From Thermotogota bacterium (GTDB taxonomy: Bacteria; Thermotogota; Thermotogae; Petrotogales; Kosmotogaceae): 17,382 bases of DNA. Below, piece by piece: positions 7,395 through 16,159 of this stretch (its first letter is position 1; each line of letters begins with the position of its first letter). The stretch is from assembly GCA_034660555.1 (NCBI GenBank), contig JAYEJL010000045.1:1-17382 (forward strand), written 5' to 3'. Under the pieces are notes generated by a model, which saw only the letters and a list, made by a program, of their open reading frames with translations, made no database searches and was not told where the DNA came from. A program made the position numbers and the translations under genes.

Positions 7395-8564
7395 TTATTC
7401 CTCCTTAAACTCCTTTTTAATTTCTTTCAGTAATTCTTTATCTGATACAACATCGAAGGCGGTAAGCGCCATGGCTTTTGCTGCACTAATCAATTCCTGT
7501 TGACCTCTTGGCGCAACCGTTGCATCAGCAAACTCTCTTGAATGAGAAATAAATTCATTTTCTTCACCTATTGCAATATATGGATGAATGGCTGGAATAA
7601 CCTGGCTAACATTACCCATATCTGTCGAACCACCGCCATCCTGTGGAGGTAAGATGTCTTTTATACCGATTTTTTTAAGATTTTTTTCAAATACTCGAGC
7701 AAGCCTTCTATTGGGTCTCAGATTATCGTTGGAAAGTTCAAATTTCCTCCAGGTTACCTCAGCTCCTGTCATTAAAGCCGCTCCTCTAGCAACATTGTAA
7801 GCTTTTTCCACTGTTTCGTTCAGATAACTTCGTTCCTTTGCTCTAAAATAAAATTTCGCTACAGCCTTATCCGGAACTACATTGGGTGCCTGCCCTCCCT
7901 CAGAGATAATGCCGTGGATTCTGACATCATCCTTCAGATGTTGTCTAAGTGCGTTTAGACCGTTAAAGAGAAATATAGTGCTATCGAGCGCGTTTATACC
8001 CTTCTCTGGCATTGAAGAAGCATGAGCGGTTCGCCCTTTAAATGTAAATTCAATGGCATCGAGGGCTAAAGATGTAGAATAGGTAAGATTTACAGTTGCA
8101 GGGTGAACTATCATGGCAATATCTACATCATTGAATACGCCTTTTTCTGTTAATATTACTTTGCCCCCACCGTTTTCTTCACCGGGACAGCCAATTACTA
8201 GCAGTTCAGCTGATAGATCTTCAATGGTTGAAAGAGCAACTGCTGCTCCGACACTTGATGGAGCAATGAGATTGTGTCCGCACCCGTGTCCAATTTCCGG
8301 TAAGGCATCATATTCACACAAAAAAGCGATTTTAGGTCCACCGTTTCCACATACATAGCGTGCTCTAAAGGATGTTTCGAGACCCGCTATGCTTTTCTCG
8401 ACATTAAAATTCTTATTTTCAAGATATTCTGTTAACCATTTAAGTGCTTTGCACTCTTTAAAACCTATTTCAGGATTTTCTTTGAGTTTTCTACTTATAT
8501 CGAGAATATCATCAGCTATAATATCCACATTATTTAATATTGCTTTTTTTGCATCTTTACTCAT
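7395..8564 (-). CDS. M20 family amidohydrolase/dipeptidase (Acy1L2/PM20D2/HmrA-like), 389 aa
   Basis: Motifs EYDALPEIGHGCGHN, PGEENGGGK, GRTAHAS-PEKGINALD, GSTDMGNVS and HSREF. AAGGAG SD favours ATG 8564 over GTG 8573. Confidence 0.92.
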   Translation of the reverse strand: MSKDAKKAILNNVDIIADDILDISRKLKENPEIGFKECKALKWLTEYLENKNFNVEKSIAGLETSFRARYVCGNGGPKIAFLCEYDALPEIGHGCGHNLIAPSSVGAAVALSTIEDLSAELLVIGCPGEENGGGKVILTEKGVFNDVDIAMIVHPATVNLTYSTSLALDAIEFTFKGRTAHASSMPEKGINALDSTIFLFNGLNALRQHLKDDVRIHGIISEGGQAPNVVPDKAVAKFYFRAKERSYLNETVEKAYNVARGAALMTGAEVTWRKFELSNDNLRPNRRLARVFEKNLKKIGIKDILPPQDGGGSTDMGNVSQVIPAIHPYIAIGEENEFISHSREFADATVAPRGQQELISAAKAMALTAFDVVSDKELLKEIKKEFKEE

Positions 8565-8588
8565 TTCATTCACTCCTTAATAAATTAG

Positions 8589-8622
8589 AAAGGGACAACA
8601 TCAAAAAATGTTGCCCCTTTTT
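8589..8622 (-). terminator. Intergenic stem-loop after the substrate-binding protein gene (partial terminator or mRNA stabiliser)
   Basis: Minus strand AAAGGGGCAACAT-TTTTTG-ATGTTGTCCCTTT then CTAATTTA. One position is a G-U pair only on the minus strand (A-C on plus). Confidence 0.7.
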
Positions 8623-8640
8623 AAACTCATCTAAAGCTTA

Positions 8641-10170
8641 TCAATAACTCCACTTATCGATATGGTATATGGGCCTAAGGAATATATTAAATAGTTTCTC
8701 AGGAATATTTAGTTCATCATTGTATGCTACACCAGCTATCGGCCAGTACAATGGATAACATGCCACATCTTCCATGGCAATGCTCTGTACTTCTTTATAA
8801 AGCCCCCATCTTTCCTGTTCGTTGACTGTAACCTTGATTTTCTCGATAAGCCTGTCTACCTCTTCATTATGATAGGTTCCAAATATTGGATTCCAGCTTG
8901 ATGCGGAATACCAATTTTCCACAAAACTGAATGGTGATGGTGCGCTTGCGCTCCAGCGTTCTCTAAACATGGGAGCTTCGCCTTCTGCTGTAACATCAAG
9001 GTAGGTTCCCCATTCGAGTGCTACAACCTCAACCTCTATACCAATCTGTGCAAGCTGTCTCTGTATCTGCTGAACCTCAAGAACTCTCTCTCTATATCCT
9101 GCAGGAGCATAGATCTTTGTTTTGAAGCCATCCGGATAGCCAGCCTCTTCAAGTAACTCTCTTGCTTTTTCCAGGTTTTGTTCATATGCGGGAACATTAG
9201 GAGCAGATGCAGCATGGAAGTATGGGACTCTTCCTACAGCGGGAACTGCCATTTCACCACGTGTAAGTGCAATTAACTCTTCTCTATTTATAGCATAAGC
9301 AACAGCCTGTCTAACCTTTACATTACTGAAAACGGAGTCAGACCTCTTGTTAAAACATATCCTGTGGTCTTCAAATTTCGTGAAAGTACCATATTTAAGT
9401 CCTGGGATAGTCTTAAGCATCCGGTATTCTTCTGCTGGTAGTTCAGCTATATAATCTATTTGTTTGGCTTGAAGAGCCATAGTTGCAGTGGTTATTTCAG
9501 GGTAAAATCTGAATTCTACATATTTTATTTTTGCCTTTTCTCCCCAGTAATCTTCGAATCGTCTTAAAACTATTCTCTGACCAGGGACATGGACTACAAA
9601 CTGATAGGGTCCACTTCCAATAGGCTTCTTCTGGTAACCTGACCAACCAACATCTTCGATGTAATCCTTTGGCAGTATATGATTCCTTAACCTTGCTGAG
9701 GTCAGGAATGTTACGTTGCGATTCGAAAGGTGAACTTCTACTGTATAATCATCTATCAATACAACTCTTTCAATATCTGAATAATATTGATGATGGGGAG
9801 AACCCAGTGATTCATCCATAAACGATTCATAGGTGAATTTAACATCTTCTGCTGTTAATGGTTCACCATTATGGAATGTTATTCCTTCTCTGATATTGAA
9901 CGTATAAACTGTCCCATCTTCAGATATTGAGTAACTTTCAATTACTGCACCTTCAGCAGTATAATTTCCATCTTCAGTGAGCTCAACCAAAGGATCACAA
10001 ATAGCTGACAAAACAAAGTCAGTTTCCGTATCCTGGTAGGTAATGGGATTCAGTTTTGATGGTTCTGTTTGCATTGCGATAATGGCTTTGTCTTCGGCTT
10101 TACCGGCAAAGGAAAAGCCAACGACAAGAAGAATCATCGCCATTACAAATAGCACACGTACTTTTTTCAT
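8641..10170 (-). CDS. ABC transporter substrate-binding protein, family 5 (DppA/OppA-like)
   Basis: Signal peptide without lipobox. Family-5 motifs YTFNIREGITFHNGEPLTAEDVKFT, PIGSGPY, VRQAVAYAINRE and KARELLEEAGY. AGGAGG SD. Confidence 0.93.
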   Translation of the reverse strand: MKKVRVLFVMAMILLVVGFSFAGKAEDKAIIAMQTEPSKLNPITYQDTETDFVLSAICDPLVELTEDGNYTAEGAVIESYSISEDGTVYTFNIREGITFHNGEPLTAEDVKFTYESFMDESLGSPHHQYYSDIERVVLIDDYTVEVHLSNRNVTFLTSARLRNHILPKDYIEDVGWSGYQKKPIGSGPYQFVVHVPGQRIVLRRFEDYWGEKAKIKYVEFRFYPEITTATMALQAKQIDYIAELPAEEYRMLKTIPGLKYGTFTKFEDHRICFNKRSDSVFSNVKVRQAVAYAINREELIALTRGEMAVPAVGRVPYFHAASAPNVPAYEQNLEKARELLEEAGYPDGFKTKIYAPAGYRERVLEVQQIQRQLAQIGIEVEVVALEWGTYLDVTAEGEAPMFRERWSASAPSPFSFVENWYSASSWNPIFGTYHNEEVDRLIEKIKVTVNEQERWGLYKEVQSIAMEDVACYPLYWPIAGVAYNDELNIPEKLFNIFLRPIYHIDKWSY

Positions 10171-10195
10171 AATACCCCTCCTTTAGAAGTGATAA

Positions 10196-11143
10196 TTAAT
10201 ATAAATGGCACGCTACCAAACGTCCATCTTCCACTGGTTTTAATTCAGGTTCAATTTCACGACATTTGTCGAAAGCGTGAGGACATCTTGGATGAAATCT
10301 ACAACCTTTGGGTGGACTAATAGGACTTGGAACTTCGCCTACTAGAGGAATTTCAGTAATCTTTTTATCAGGATCGGGTTCTGGAACTGACTTAAAAAGC
10401 CCTACAGTATAAGGATGAAGCGGTTTGTTGTAAACCTTTAACACATCTCCTATCTCTACAATTTTACCAAGATACATAACGCCTATTCTATCTGAAACAA
10501 CCCTTATCAGATTAATGTCATGAGAAATATAGAAATAGGTTAAATCTCTTTCTTTTTTTGCTTTATTCAACAGCTTAAGAATTTTTGCTTGTACGGAAAC
10601 ATCAAGTGCTGATGTTGGTTCATCGAGAAAAACCACTTCAGGTTCTACCGCCAGAGCACGAGCAATAGCTATTCTTTGTTTTTGACCGCCACTCAATTCA
10701 TGGGGGAATCTGGTCATATGTTCTGCCTGCAATCCCATGGTCTTCAATATTTTTACAATTTCAACCGTTGTTTCTTCGCGGTTTGTTGTTATTTTATGTA
10801 TTAAGAAAGGTCGTGATAGAGTATCATATACAGTCATTCTGGGATTTAATGAAGAATGTGGATTTTGAAAGACCAAACTCATCTGTTTTCTTAGAAATTT
10901 TGTATATTTTTTTGGAATATTTGTAATGTCTTTATCCTTGAGATAAATACTACCTGCGGTAGGTTTTAATAAACGCAATATGGTTCTAATCAAAGTCGAT
11001 TTGCCACAGCCAGATTCGCCAACCAGGCCAAAGCTTTCACCTTTGAATATGTCAAAAGATACACCGTCAACAGCCCTGACGTCTCCTCTTGGACTTTCAA
11101 AATGCTTTTTAAGGTTTTCTATTCTTAGCAGCTTTTCTTTCAT
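10196..11143 (-). CDS. Peptide/nickel ABC transporter ATPase (DppF/OppF family)
   Basis: GESGCGKST, LSGGQKQR, FLDEPTSALDVS and the C-terminal GCRFHPRC...C...VACH domain. Confidence 0.94.
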   Translation of the reverse strand: MKEKLLRIENLKKHFESPRGDVRAVDGVSFDIFKGESFGLVGESGCGKSTLIRTILRLLKPTAGSIYLKDKDITNIPKKYTKFLRKQMSLVFQNPHSSLNPRMTVYDTLSRPFLIHKITTNREETTVEIVKILKTMGLQAEHMTRFPHELSGGQKQRIAIARALAVEPEVVFLDEPTSALDVSVQAKILKLLNKAKKERDLTYFYISHDINLIRVVSDRIGVMYLGKIVEIGDVLKVYNKPLHPYTVGLFKSVPEPDPDKKITEIPLVGEVPSPISPPKGCRFHPRCPHAFDKCREIEPELKPVEDGRLVACHLY

Positions 11144-11146
11144 AGG

Positions 11147-12109
11147 TCACCTTTCATGGCAGGCCACAAAATGTTTTTTTCCAATTTTTTTTAGCTTCGG
11201 AACTTCTTTGCTGCAAATTTCTTTTGCTTCCTCACATCTGGGATGAAATCTGCATCCCTTTGGTGGATTTATTAATCTCGGGACGGAACCCGGGATTTCT
11301 TCAAGATCTTCCAGATTACTTTCTACTCCCAGTACTGAATGGATTAGTTTGTATGTATAAGGATGCTGTGCATTTTTGAATAATGTTCTAACTGGTGCAG
11401 TTTCAACGATTCTTCCTGCGTACATAACTGATAGCTTGTCACAAATTTCACTAATGACAGCAAGATTGTGTGTGATGTACAGCATGGTCATGTGCATTTC
11501 CTGCTTTAAATCGTTTAGTATCTTTAAAAATTGAGCCTGAATTGATACATCAAGAGCGGTTGTTGGTTCATCAGCTATAAGCAATGATGGATTACATGAA
11601 AGCATCATGGCTATCATAACCCTCTGTTTCATACCGCCGGACAGCTGATGTGGGTATTTGTAGATCAACGAGTCAACATCAGGGAGTTTTACCCTGGAAA
11701 GTTCTTCCATAACTCTTTTTACTATTTCTTTTTTACCGGCCTTCTGATACATTCTGATAACTTCTTCCATCTGATTCTTTATGGTGAAAACTGGATTCAG
11801 TGATGAAGCGGGATCTTGAAATATCATCGCGATTTCATTTCCGCGTATCTCTCTTTGAAGCCTCTTTTCGCTGTATTTAAGGATATCCTTTCCTTTGAAA
11901 AATATTTCCCCATTTTCAATGAGGGCGTTATTATCAAGTAATCCCATTATTGACATTCCGGTGATGCTCTTTCCACAACCGGTTTCTCCGATCAAACCAT
12001 GGATTGTTCCTTCTTCAATCCGGAATTCCACTCCATCCAGTGCTTCAACCTTTCCTTCTTCAGTCTCGAAGGAGACTACCAAATCTTTGATTTCAATTAG
12101 ATTGTTCAT
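11147..12109 (-). CDS. Peptide/nickel ABC transporter ATPase (DppD/OppD family), 320 aa
   Basis: GETGCGKS, LSGGMKQR, IADEPTTALDVS, GCRFHPRC...VACH. AAAGGTGA SD supports ATG 12109 (MNNLIEIK), which avoids overlap with the upstream permease. Confidence 0.94.
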   Translation of the reverse strand: MNNLIEIKDLVVSFETEEGKVEALDGVEFRIEEGTIHGLIGETGCGKSITGMSIMGLLDNNALIENGEIFFKGKDILKYSEKRLQREIRGNEIAMIFQDPASSLNPVFTIKNQMEEVIRMYQKAGKKEIVKRVMEELSRVKLPDVDSLIYKYPHQLSGGMKQRVMIAMMLSCNPSLLIADEPTTALDVSIQAQFLKILNDLKQEMHMTMLYITHNLAVISEICDKLSVMYAGRIVETAPVRTLFKNAQHPYTYKLIHSVLGVESNLEDLEEIPGSVPRLINPPKGCRFHPRCEEAKEICSKEVPKLKKIGKKHFVACHER

Positions 12110-12122
12110 GATATTGTCACCT

Positions 12123-13031
12123 TTAATTACGTTTTGTTGTTGGATCGAGGGCATCTCGTAAACCATCTCCTATGAAGTTAAATCCTAACACTGTAATCAT
12201 TATAAATATTCCGGCTGAAGTGGAGATCCAGGGGGCCATTATCAGATAATCTCTCCCTGCTGAAATCATGGAACCCCAGGAAGGTGTAGGAGGCTGCACA
12301 CCTACCCCTAAAAAACTGAGAGTAGCACTTGCTATAAGCGCGGTAGGCATCATTATGCAGATCATTATGATTGCTGTTGGTATTGCGTTTGGCATAATGT
12401 ATCTCAGTACCACGGAGAATCTCGATTCTCCAATAGAATAGGCAGCTTCAACGTAGTCAGAATTCTTTATCGTTAGTATTTTACTCCTAACCATTCTTGC
12501 ATATGTAGTCCAGCCAACTAACCCAAGGGCGATAACCACATTGTAAATCCCCTGACCCATAATGCCAGCAATTGCCATTGCAAGTAGAATAACCGGGAAG
12601 GATCTTAGCACATCTACAACCCACATTATAATAACATCTACAAATCCGCCAAAAAAACCTGATACGATACCAAGTAAAATGCCAATGGCGCCTTCAAAGA
12701 GAATAATGAGCACTCCAATTATTAAAGCAATACGAGCACCATAAAAAAGTCTTGTGAGAACATCTCTACCCATGGCGTCTGTACCAACCCAGTGTTCCCA
12801 TGAAGGAGGTTTCAAACGATTGAATGGATCTGTATCAAAAGGTTCATAGGGTGTCAGTACAGGTGCAAAGATGGCTATGAAAACCACTATACTTACGATA
12901 ATGAAACCAACCAGTGCAAGTTTGTTTTTCTTAAAACGCGACCACACAAGAGATAACTGACTGCTCTTGCTTCTCTTTAGTTTGTTTATTTCATCTCTTA
13001 CATTTTCATAAGAAAGATCTTTATCTTCCAT
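12123..13031 (-). CDS. Peptide/nickel ABC transporter permease (DppC/OppC family)
   Basis: HWVGTDAMGRDVLTR, YVEAAYSIG, LSFLGVGVQPPTPSWG, GDGLRDALDP. Confidence 0.94.
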   Translation of the reverse strand: MEDKDLSYENVRDEINKLKRSKSSQLSLVWSRFKKNKLALVGFIIVSIVVFIAIFAPVLTPYEPFDTDPFNRLKPPSWEHWVGTDAMGRDVLTRLFYGARIALIIGVLIILFEGAIGILLGIVSGFFGGFVDVIIMWVVDVLRSFPVILLAMAIAGIMGQGIYNVVIALGLVGWTTYARMVRSKILTIKNSDYVEAAYSIGESRFSVVLRYIMPNAIPTAIIMICIMMPTALIASATLSFLGVGVQPPTPSWGSMISAGRDYLIMAPWISTSAGIFIMITVLGFNFIGDGLRDALDPTTKRN

Positions 13032-13034
13032 AAT

Positions 13035-13967
13035 CTAACCTTCTGTCCTTATCCTGGGATCGATAACTGCATATAAAAGATCCGCAGCAAGATTTGCCAG
13101 TACTACCAGTATAGCCATAAGCAAAAGTATTGATTGAACAACAGGATAATCCCTGGCAAGCACGCTGTTTACAAGTAAACTTCCAAGTCCGCCCCATGAA
13201 AACACAACTTCGACCACAACAGAACCGCCTATTATCCAGGGTAATCTAAGGGCAAGCATTGTAATGATAGGAATTAGAGCATTTCTTAATGCATGTTTCC
13301 ATATCACATAACCATATTTAAGGCCTTTTGCTTTTGCTGTTTTTATGTAATCCTGATTTAGAACCTCAAGCATTTCAGCACGCATAGGTCTTGCAAACCA
13401 TGCTTCCTGTCTTAATCCTAGAGTGAGAACAGGCAAGATCAATGAAGTAATACCAAGCATTCCACCAATGGGTACCAGCCGTAATCTTAATCCAAATATA
13501 TATAGCAGCAATATCCCCAGCCAGAAGGCTGGCATCGATATCCAAAACATAGCCTGAAATGTAGAAAAATAGTCGAGAATGGAATTGCGTTTTAAAGCAG
13601 CCATAACACCAAGCAATACTCCAAAGACTACTGCAATAAGTAGTCCGGACCCTGTAAGCACAAGTGTAGGACCAGCTCTGGAAGCGATTAACTCACTGAC
13701 GGGTTGATCGTATCTTATTGAGGTTCCGAAATCACCCTTAAGAACATTACTTATCCAGCTAATATATTGTATATGTAGTGGCTGATCAAGTTTATATTTT
13801 GCTCTTAACGCTGCCACATTTTCCTCTGTGGCATAGGGTCCCAACATAATCTTAACCGGGTCCCCGGGAGTCAGATGAAGTATTAAAAAGGTTATTAAAG
13901 TTACACCAAACGCGGTAATTATTGTCCTGAGAATTCTGTAGATAAAGTAACGTTTTTTCTTTGCCAT
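13035..13967 (-). CDS. Peptide/nickel ABC transporter permease (DppB/OppB family), 310 aa
   Basis: PGDP, LKGDFGTS, DYIKTAKAKGL, HALRNALIP, RDYPVVQ, DPRIR. AAAGGTGG SD favours ATG 13967. Confidence 0.94.
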   Translation of the reverse strand: MAKKKRYFIYRILRTIITAFGVTLITFLILHLTPGDPVKIMLGPYATEENVAALRAKYKLDQPLHIQYISWISNVLKGDFGTSIRYDQPVSELIASRAGPTLVLTGSGLLIAVVFGVLLGVMAALKRNSILDYFSTFQAMFWISMPAFWLGILLLYIFGLRLRLVPIGGMLGITSLILPVLTLGLRQEAWFARPMRAEMLEVLNQDYIKTAKAKGLKYGYVIWKHALRNALIPIITMLALRLPWIIGGSVVVEVVFSWGGLGSLLVNSVLARDYPVVQSILLLMAILVVLANLAADLLYAVIDPRIRTEG

Positions 13968-14052
13968 TGGGGCCACCTTTTATTTATTATGTTTAATCAC
14001 AAGCTTATAAGTAAATCCAAGATTAAGTTTTGGAAGAAAAAGGGTTTAATAA

Positions 14053-14082
14053 ATTATAACATTTAAGGATCCTATAGCCCAA
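14053..14082 (-). promoter_or_regulatory. Candidate sigma70-type promoter of the peptide ABC/M20 operon
   Basis: Minus strand TTGGGC-N18-TATAAT with an extended -10 (TGTTATAAT), about 85 nt before the start codon. Confidence 0.5.
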
Positions 14083-14114
14083 GTCGTTGTATCGCTTAAC
14101 CGGAAGACATTACA

Positions 14115-14654
14115 TTAGCAAATTCTGTGTGTCAATTCTTCGATTAGCATGGGCATAACTCTTTCAGCACCAGCCTTAGTCCTGAGGCTAACCAACGGTC
14201 TTTGAGTGTTTTTCCCCACTATACCCGCTTTGAATGGAGAGTGCCCGATGTTCTTGAGAAAAGCGAGAAGTTCTGATTCAACTTCACTGTTACATGTGAT
14301 TACAGCTATGTCTTCACATACCAGATACAAAGGATTTATTCCCAGAATTTCGGATACTGATTCTACTCCTGATGGTATTGGTATAGCATTCTTGTCAATG
14401 ACGATTTTTTTACCAGAGGATATTGACAGCTCATTCAAAATTCGTACGAAACCTCCTCTTGTAAGATCTCTCATCAAATGAAGGTCGTATTTTAGTAGCT
14501 TTTAATAACGGCATTAAAGATTTACAATAGTTTTAAAATCAATTTCTAAGTTGTTTCTGCATGCCATAACTGCGGCACCATGTAATCAAATGGGTCCTGT
14601 AACAATAATCGAATCTTCGCTTTTAAATCTGTCAACGGTAAGGGATTCTTTTAT
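14115..14654 (-). pseudogene. hypE: Truncated, disrupted hydrogenase maturation carbamoyl dehydratase HypE
   Basis: Reconstructed EDSIIVTGPI*LHGAAVMACRNNLEIDFKT(D)CKSLMPLLKLLKYDLHLMRDLTRGG...ILGINPLY...ERVMPMLIEELTHRIC. TGA at 14588-14586 sits at a conserved Gly, and frameshifts occur near 14528 and 14500. The N-terminal portion is missing. Terminal RIC corresponds to HypE PRIC. Confidence 0.9.
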
Positions 14655-14706
14655 TGTAATATATTATATTTTAATTTATAGAAGCGAAGAACTTTGTAGT
14701 AGTTTT

Positions 14707-14783
14707 ATAACTGATAGACAGTATTTTAGAATATCATTAAATATATATATATTGATGGTGGTTTTTTCAAAATAATCAGTTAT
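14707..14783. repeat. Long imperfect AT-rich inverted repeat
   Basis: ATAACTGAT (14707-14715) pairs with ATCAGTTAT (14775-14783). Inner TATTTTaGAA pairs with TTCAAAATA, around a central (AT)n palindrome at 14740-14753. Confidence 0.4.
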
Positions 14784-14786
14784 GAA

Positions 14787-14810
14787 TTAATTGATAGTGG
14801 AAACAAATAA
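14787..14810. promoter_or_regulatory. Candidate ROK/XylR operator
   Basis: TTAATTGAT-N6-AACAAATAA has 7/9 symmetric positions. It resembles the TTTGTT...AACAAA style of Firmicutes XylR operators and lies upstream of the ROK-xylA operon. Confidence 0.35.
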
Positions 14811-14871
14811 AATAGAAGCCAATAATTCTTTATAACCACGCATAAAGGAGATTCATTGTTTGTAATCAATC

Positions 14872-14900
14872 TTGAGTAATATGTTTAAAAAAACTATCCT
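14872..14900 (+). promoter_or_regulatory. Candidate sigma70-type promoter of the ROK regulator-xylA operon
   Basis: TTGAGT-N17-TATCCT, ending 32 nt before ATG 14933. Confidence 0.3.
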
Positions 14901-14932
14901 TGGAATACAAATCAATTGAGGTGAATGGACTC

Positions 14933-16129
14933 ATGAATAAAGGAAAAAAACTGGGGGCTTCAGAAGTAAAAACGAGAAATAGACTCTTGTTAATTGATTT
15001 GCTTAGACAAAATAATGGAATAACAAGAAGAGAGTTGTCAAAACTGTCCGGACTTGATCCCAGCACCGTAACCAAGATAACCAAATACTTTATTGCTAAA
15101 GGTCTTTGCAGAGAGACAAAAACAATAAAACGTCGCGTGGCAGGGCGCAGACCGATTGTTCTTGAGCTAAACAGAGAAGCTTTTAAATCTGTTGTGGTTA
15201 ATATTGGTGTTAGTTTCACTGAAATCGGTGTTGGTTTTTTTGACGGCAAGGTTGAGTTAGTAGACAGAATAGATAGTGGTGAGAATTTTAAAAAACTGTT
15301 CAATAAAATATTTGAAAAGGCAATAAAAATTGTACGGGGAATTGAGGAAGATAGTTTTCTTGGATATTCGTTTTCAGTGCCCGGGATGGTTGATATAGAC
15401 AATGCTTACATCATAGAACTCCCTCATATGAATGTCAGAGGGCTGGATTTGAGAGCACTAATACCTTCAATAAATGATAAAAATTCAATTCATGTAGATA
15501 ATGAAGCCAACCTTTCTTTGATTGCTGAAAAGGCTTTTAATGAATTGTTGGAAGGCAAACACGACATTGTTTTTGTTAATCTTTCTGAAGGCATAGGTTG
15601 TGGCGTTATGCTGGATGATGAAATATACAGAGGAAACCAGTACACAGCAGGAGAATTTGGTCATATGACGGTGAAGCTAGATGGTGAGAAATGTTATTGC
15701 GGAAATACCGGTTGCTGGGAAACAGTTGCTTCTACTGAAGCAATTGTAAAAATGGCCAGTTCAAAAGGAATTGATTTGAAGGGCAGGTATTATAGCAAAC
15801 AATTTCAGGATCTGGTAACCACATTTAGCGATGATCCTGAAAAGAAAAAAATGCTGAAAGTAATTGAAGAAAACCTTGCAGCAGGAATACTGAATATTAT
15901 CAATGGTTTTGATCCTGAAATAATTGTTCTGGGTGGTGCTGCAGCTGAATTACCTGAACGTTCGTTGAAACGTATACAAAAGATAGCCAGTCAAAAGGCA
16001 CTTTATGCTACTCGTGGAAAAGTCAAAGTATTAAAAAGTGTTCTGGGCAGCTATGGTGAACGTAGTTCAAATATTATAGGAGCTTCGTTGTATGCAGTCC
16101 AGAGAAATTTGAGAAGAATTGTAATGTAA
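14933..16129 (+). CDS. xylR: ROK-family transcriptional repressor, probably the xylose repressor, 398 aa
   Basis: N-terminal HTH (ITRRELSKLSGLDPSTVTKI), VAGRRP linker, VPG and DNEAN motifs, ROK signature AGEFGHM, Zn motif CYCGNTGCWE. GAGGTG SD before ATG 14933. Directly upstream of xylA; the xylR name comes from this context. Confidence 0.85.
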   Translation: MNKGKKLGASEVKTRNRLLLIDLLRQNNGITRRELSKLSGLDPSTVTKITKYFIAKGLCRETKTIKRRVAGRRPIVLELNREAFKSVVVNIGVSFTEIGVGFFDGKVELVDRIDSGENFKKLFNKIFEKAIKIVRGIEEDSFLGYSFSVPGMVDIDNAYIIELPHMNVRGLDLRALIPSINDKNSIHVDNEANLSLIAEKAFNELLEGKHDIVFVNLSEGIGCGVMLDDEIYRGNQYTAGEFGHMTVKLDGEKCYCGNTGCWETVASTEAIVKMASSKGIDLKGRYYSKQFQDLVTTFSDDPEKKKMLKVIEENLAAGILNIINGFDPEIIVLGGAAAELPERSLKRIQKIASQKALYATRGKVKVLKSVLGSYGERSSNIIGASLYAVQRNLRRIVM

Positions 16130-16159
16130 ATCATGTAAGAAAATAAAGGAGGTATTTAG

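Noticed and set aside
14586..14588. In-frame TGA in hypE as selenocysteine or readthrough
   Set aside because: It aligns with a conserved Gly (GGA to TGA), not Cys, and is accompanied by frameshifts and truncation.
14866..15402. 178-aa minus-strand ORF
   Set aside because: Antisense shadow of the ROK gene, with no recognisable motif.
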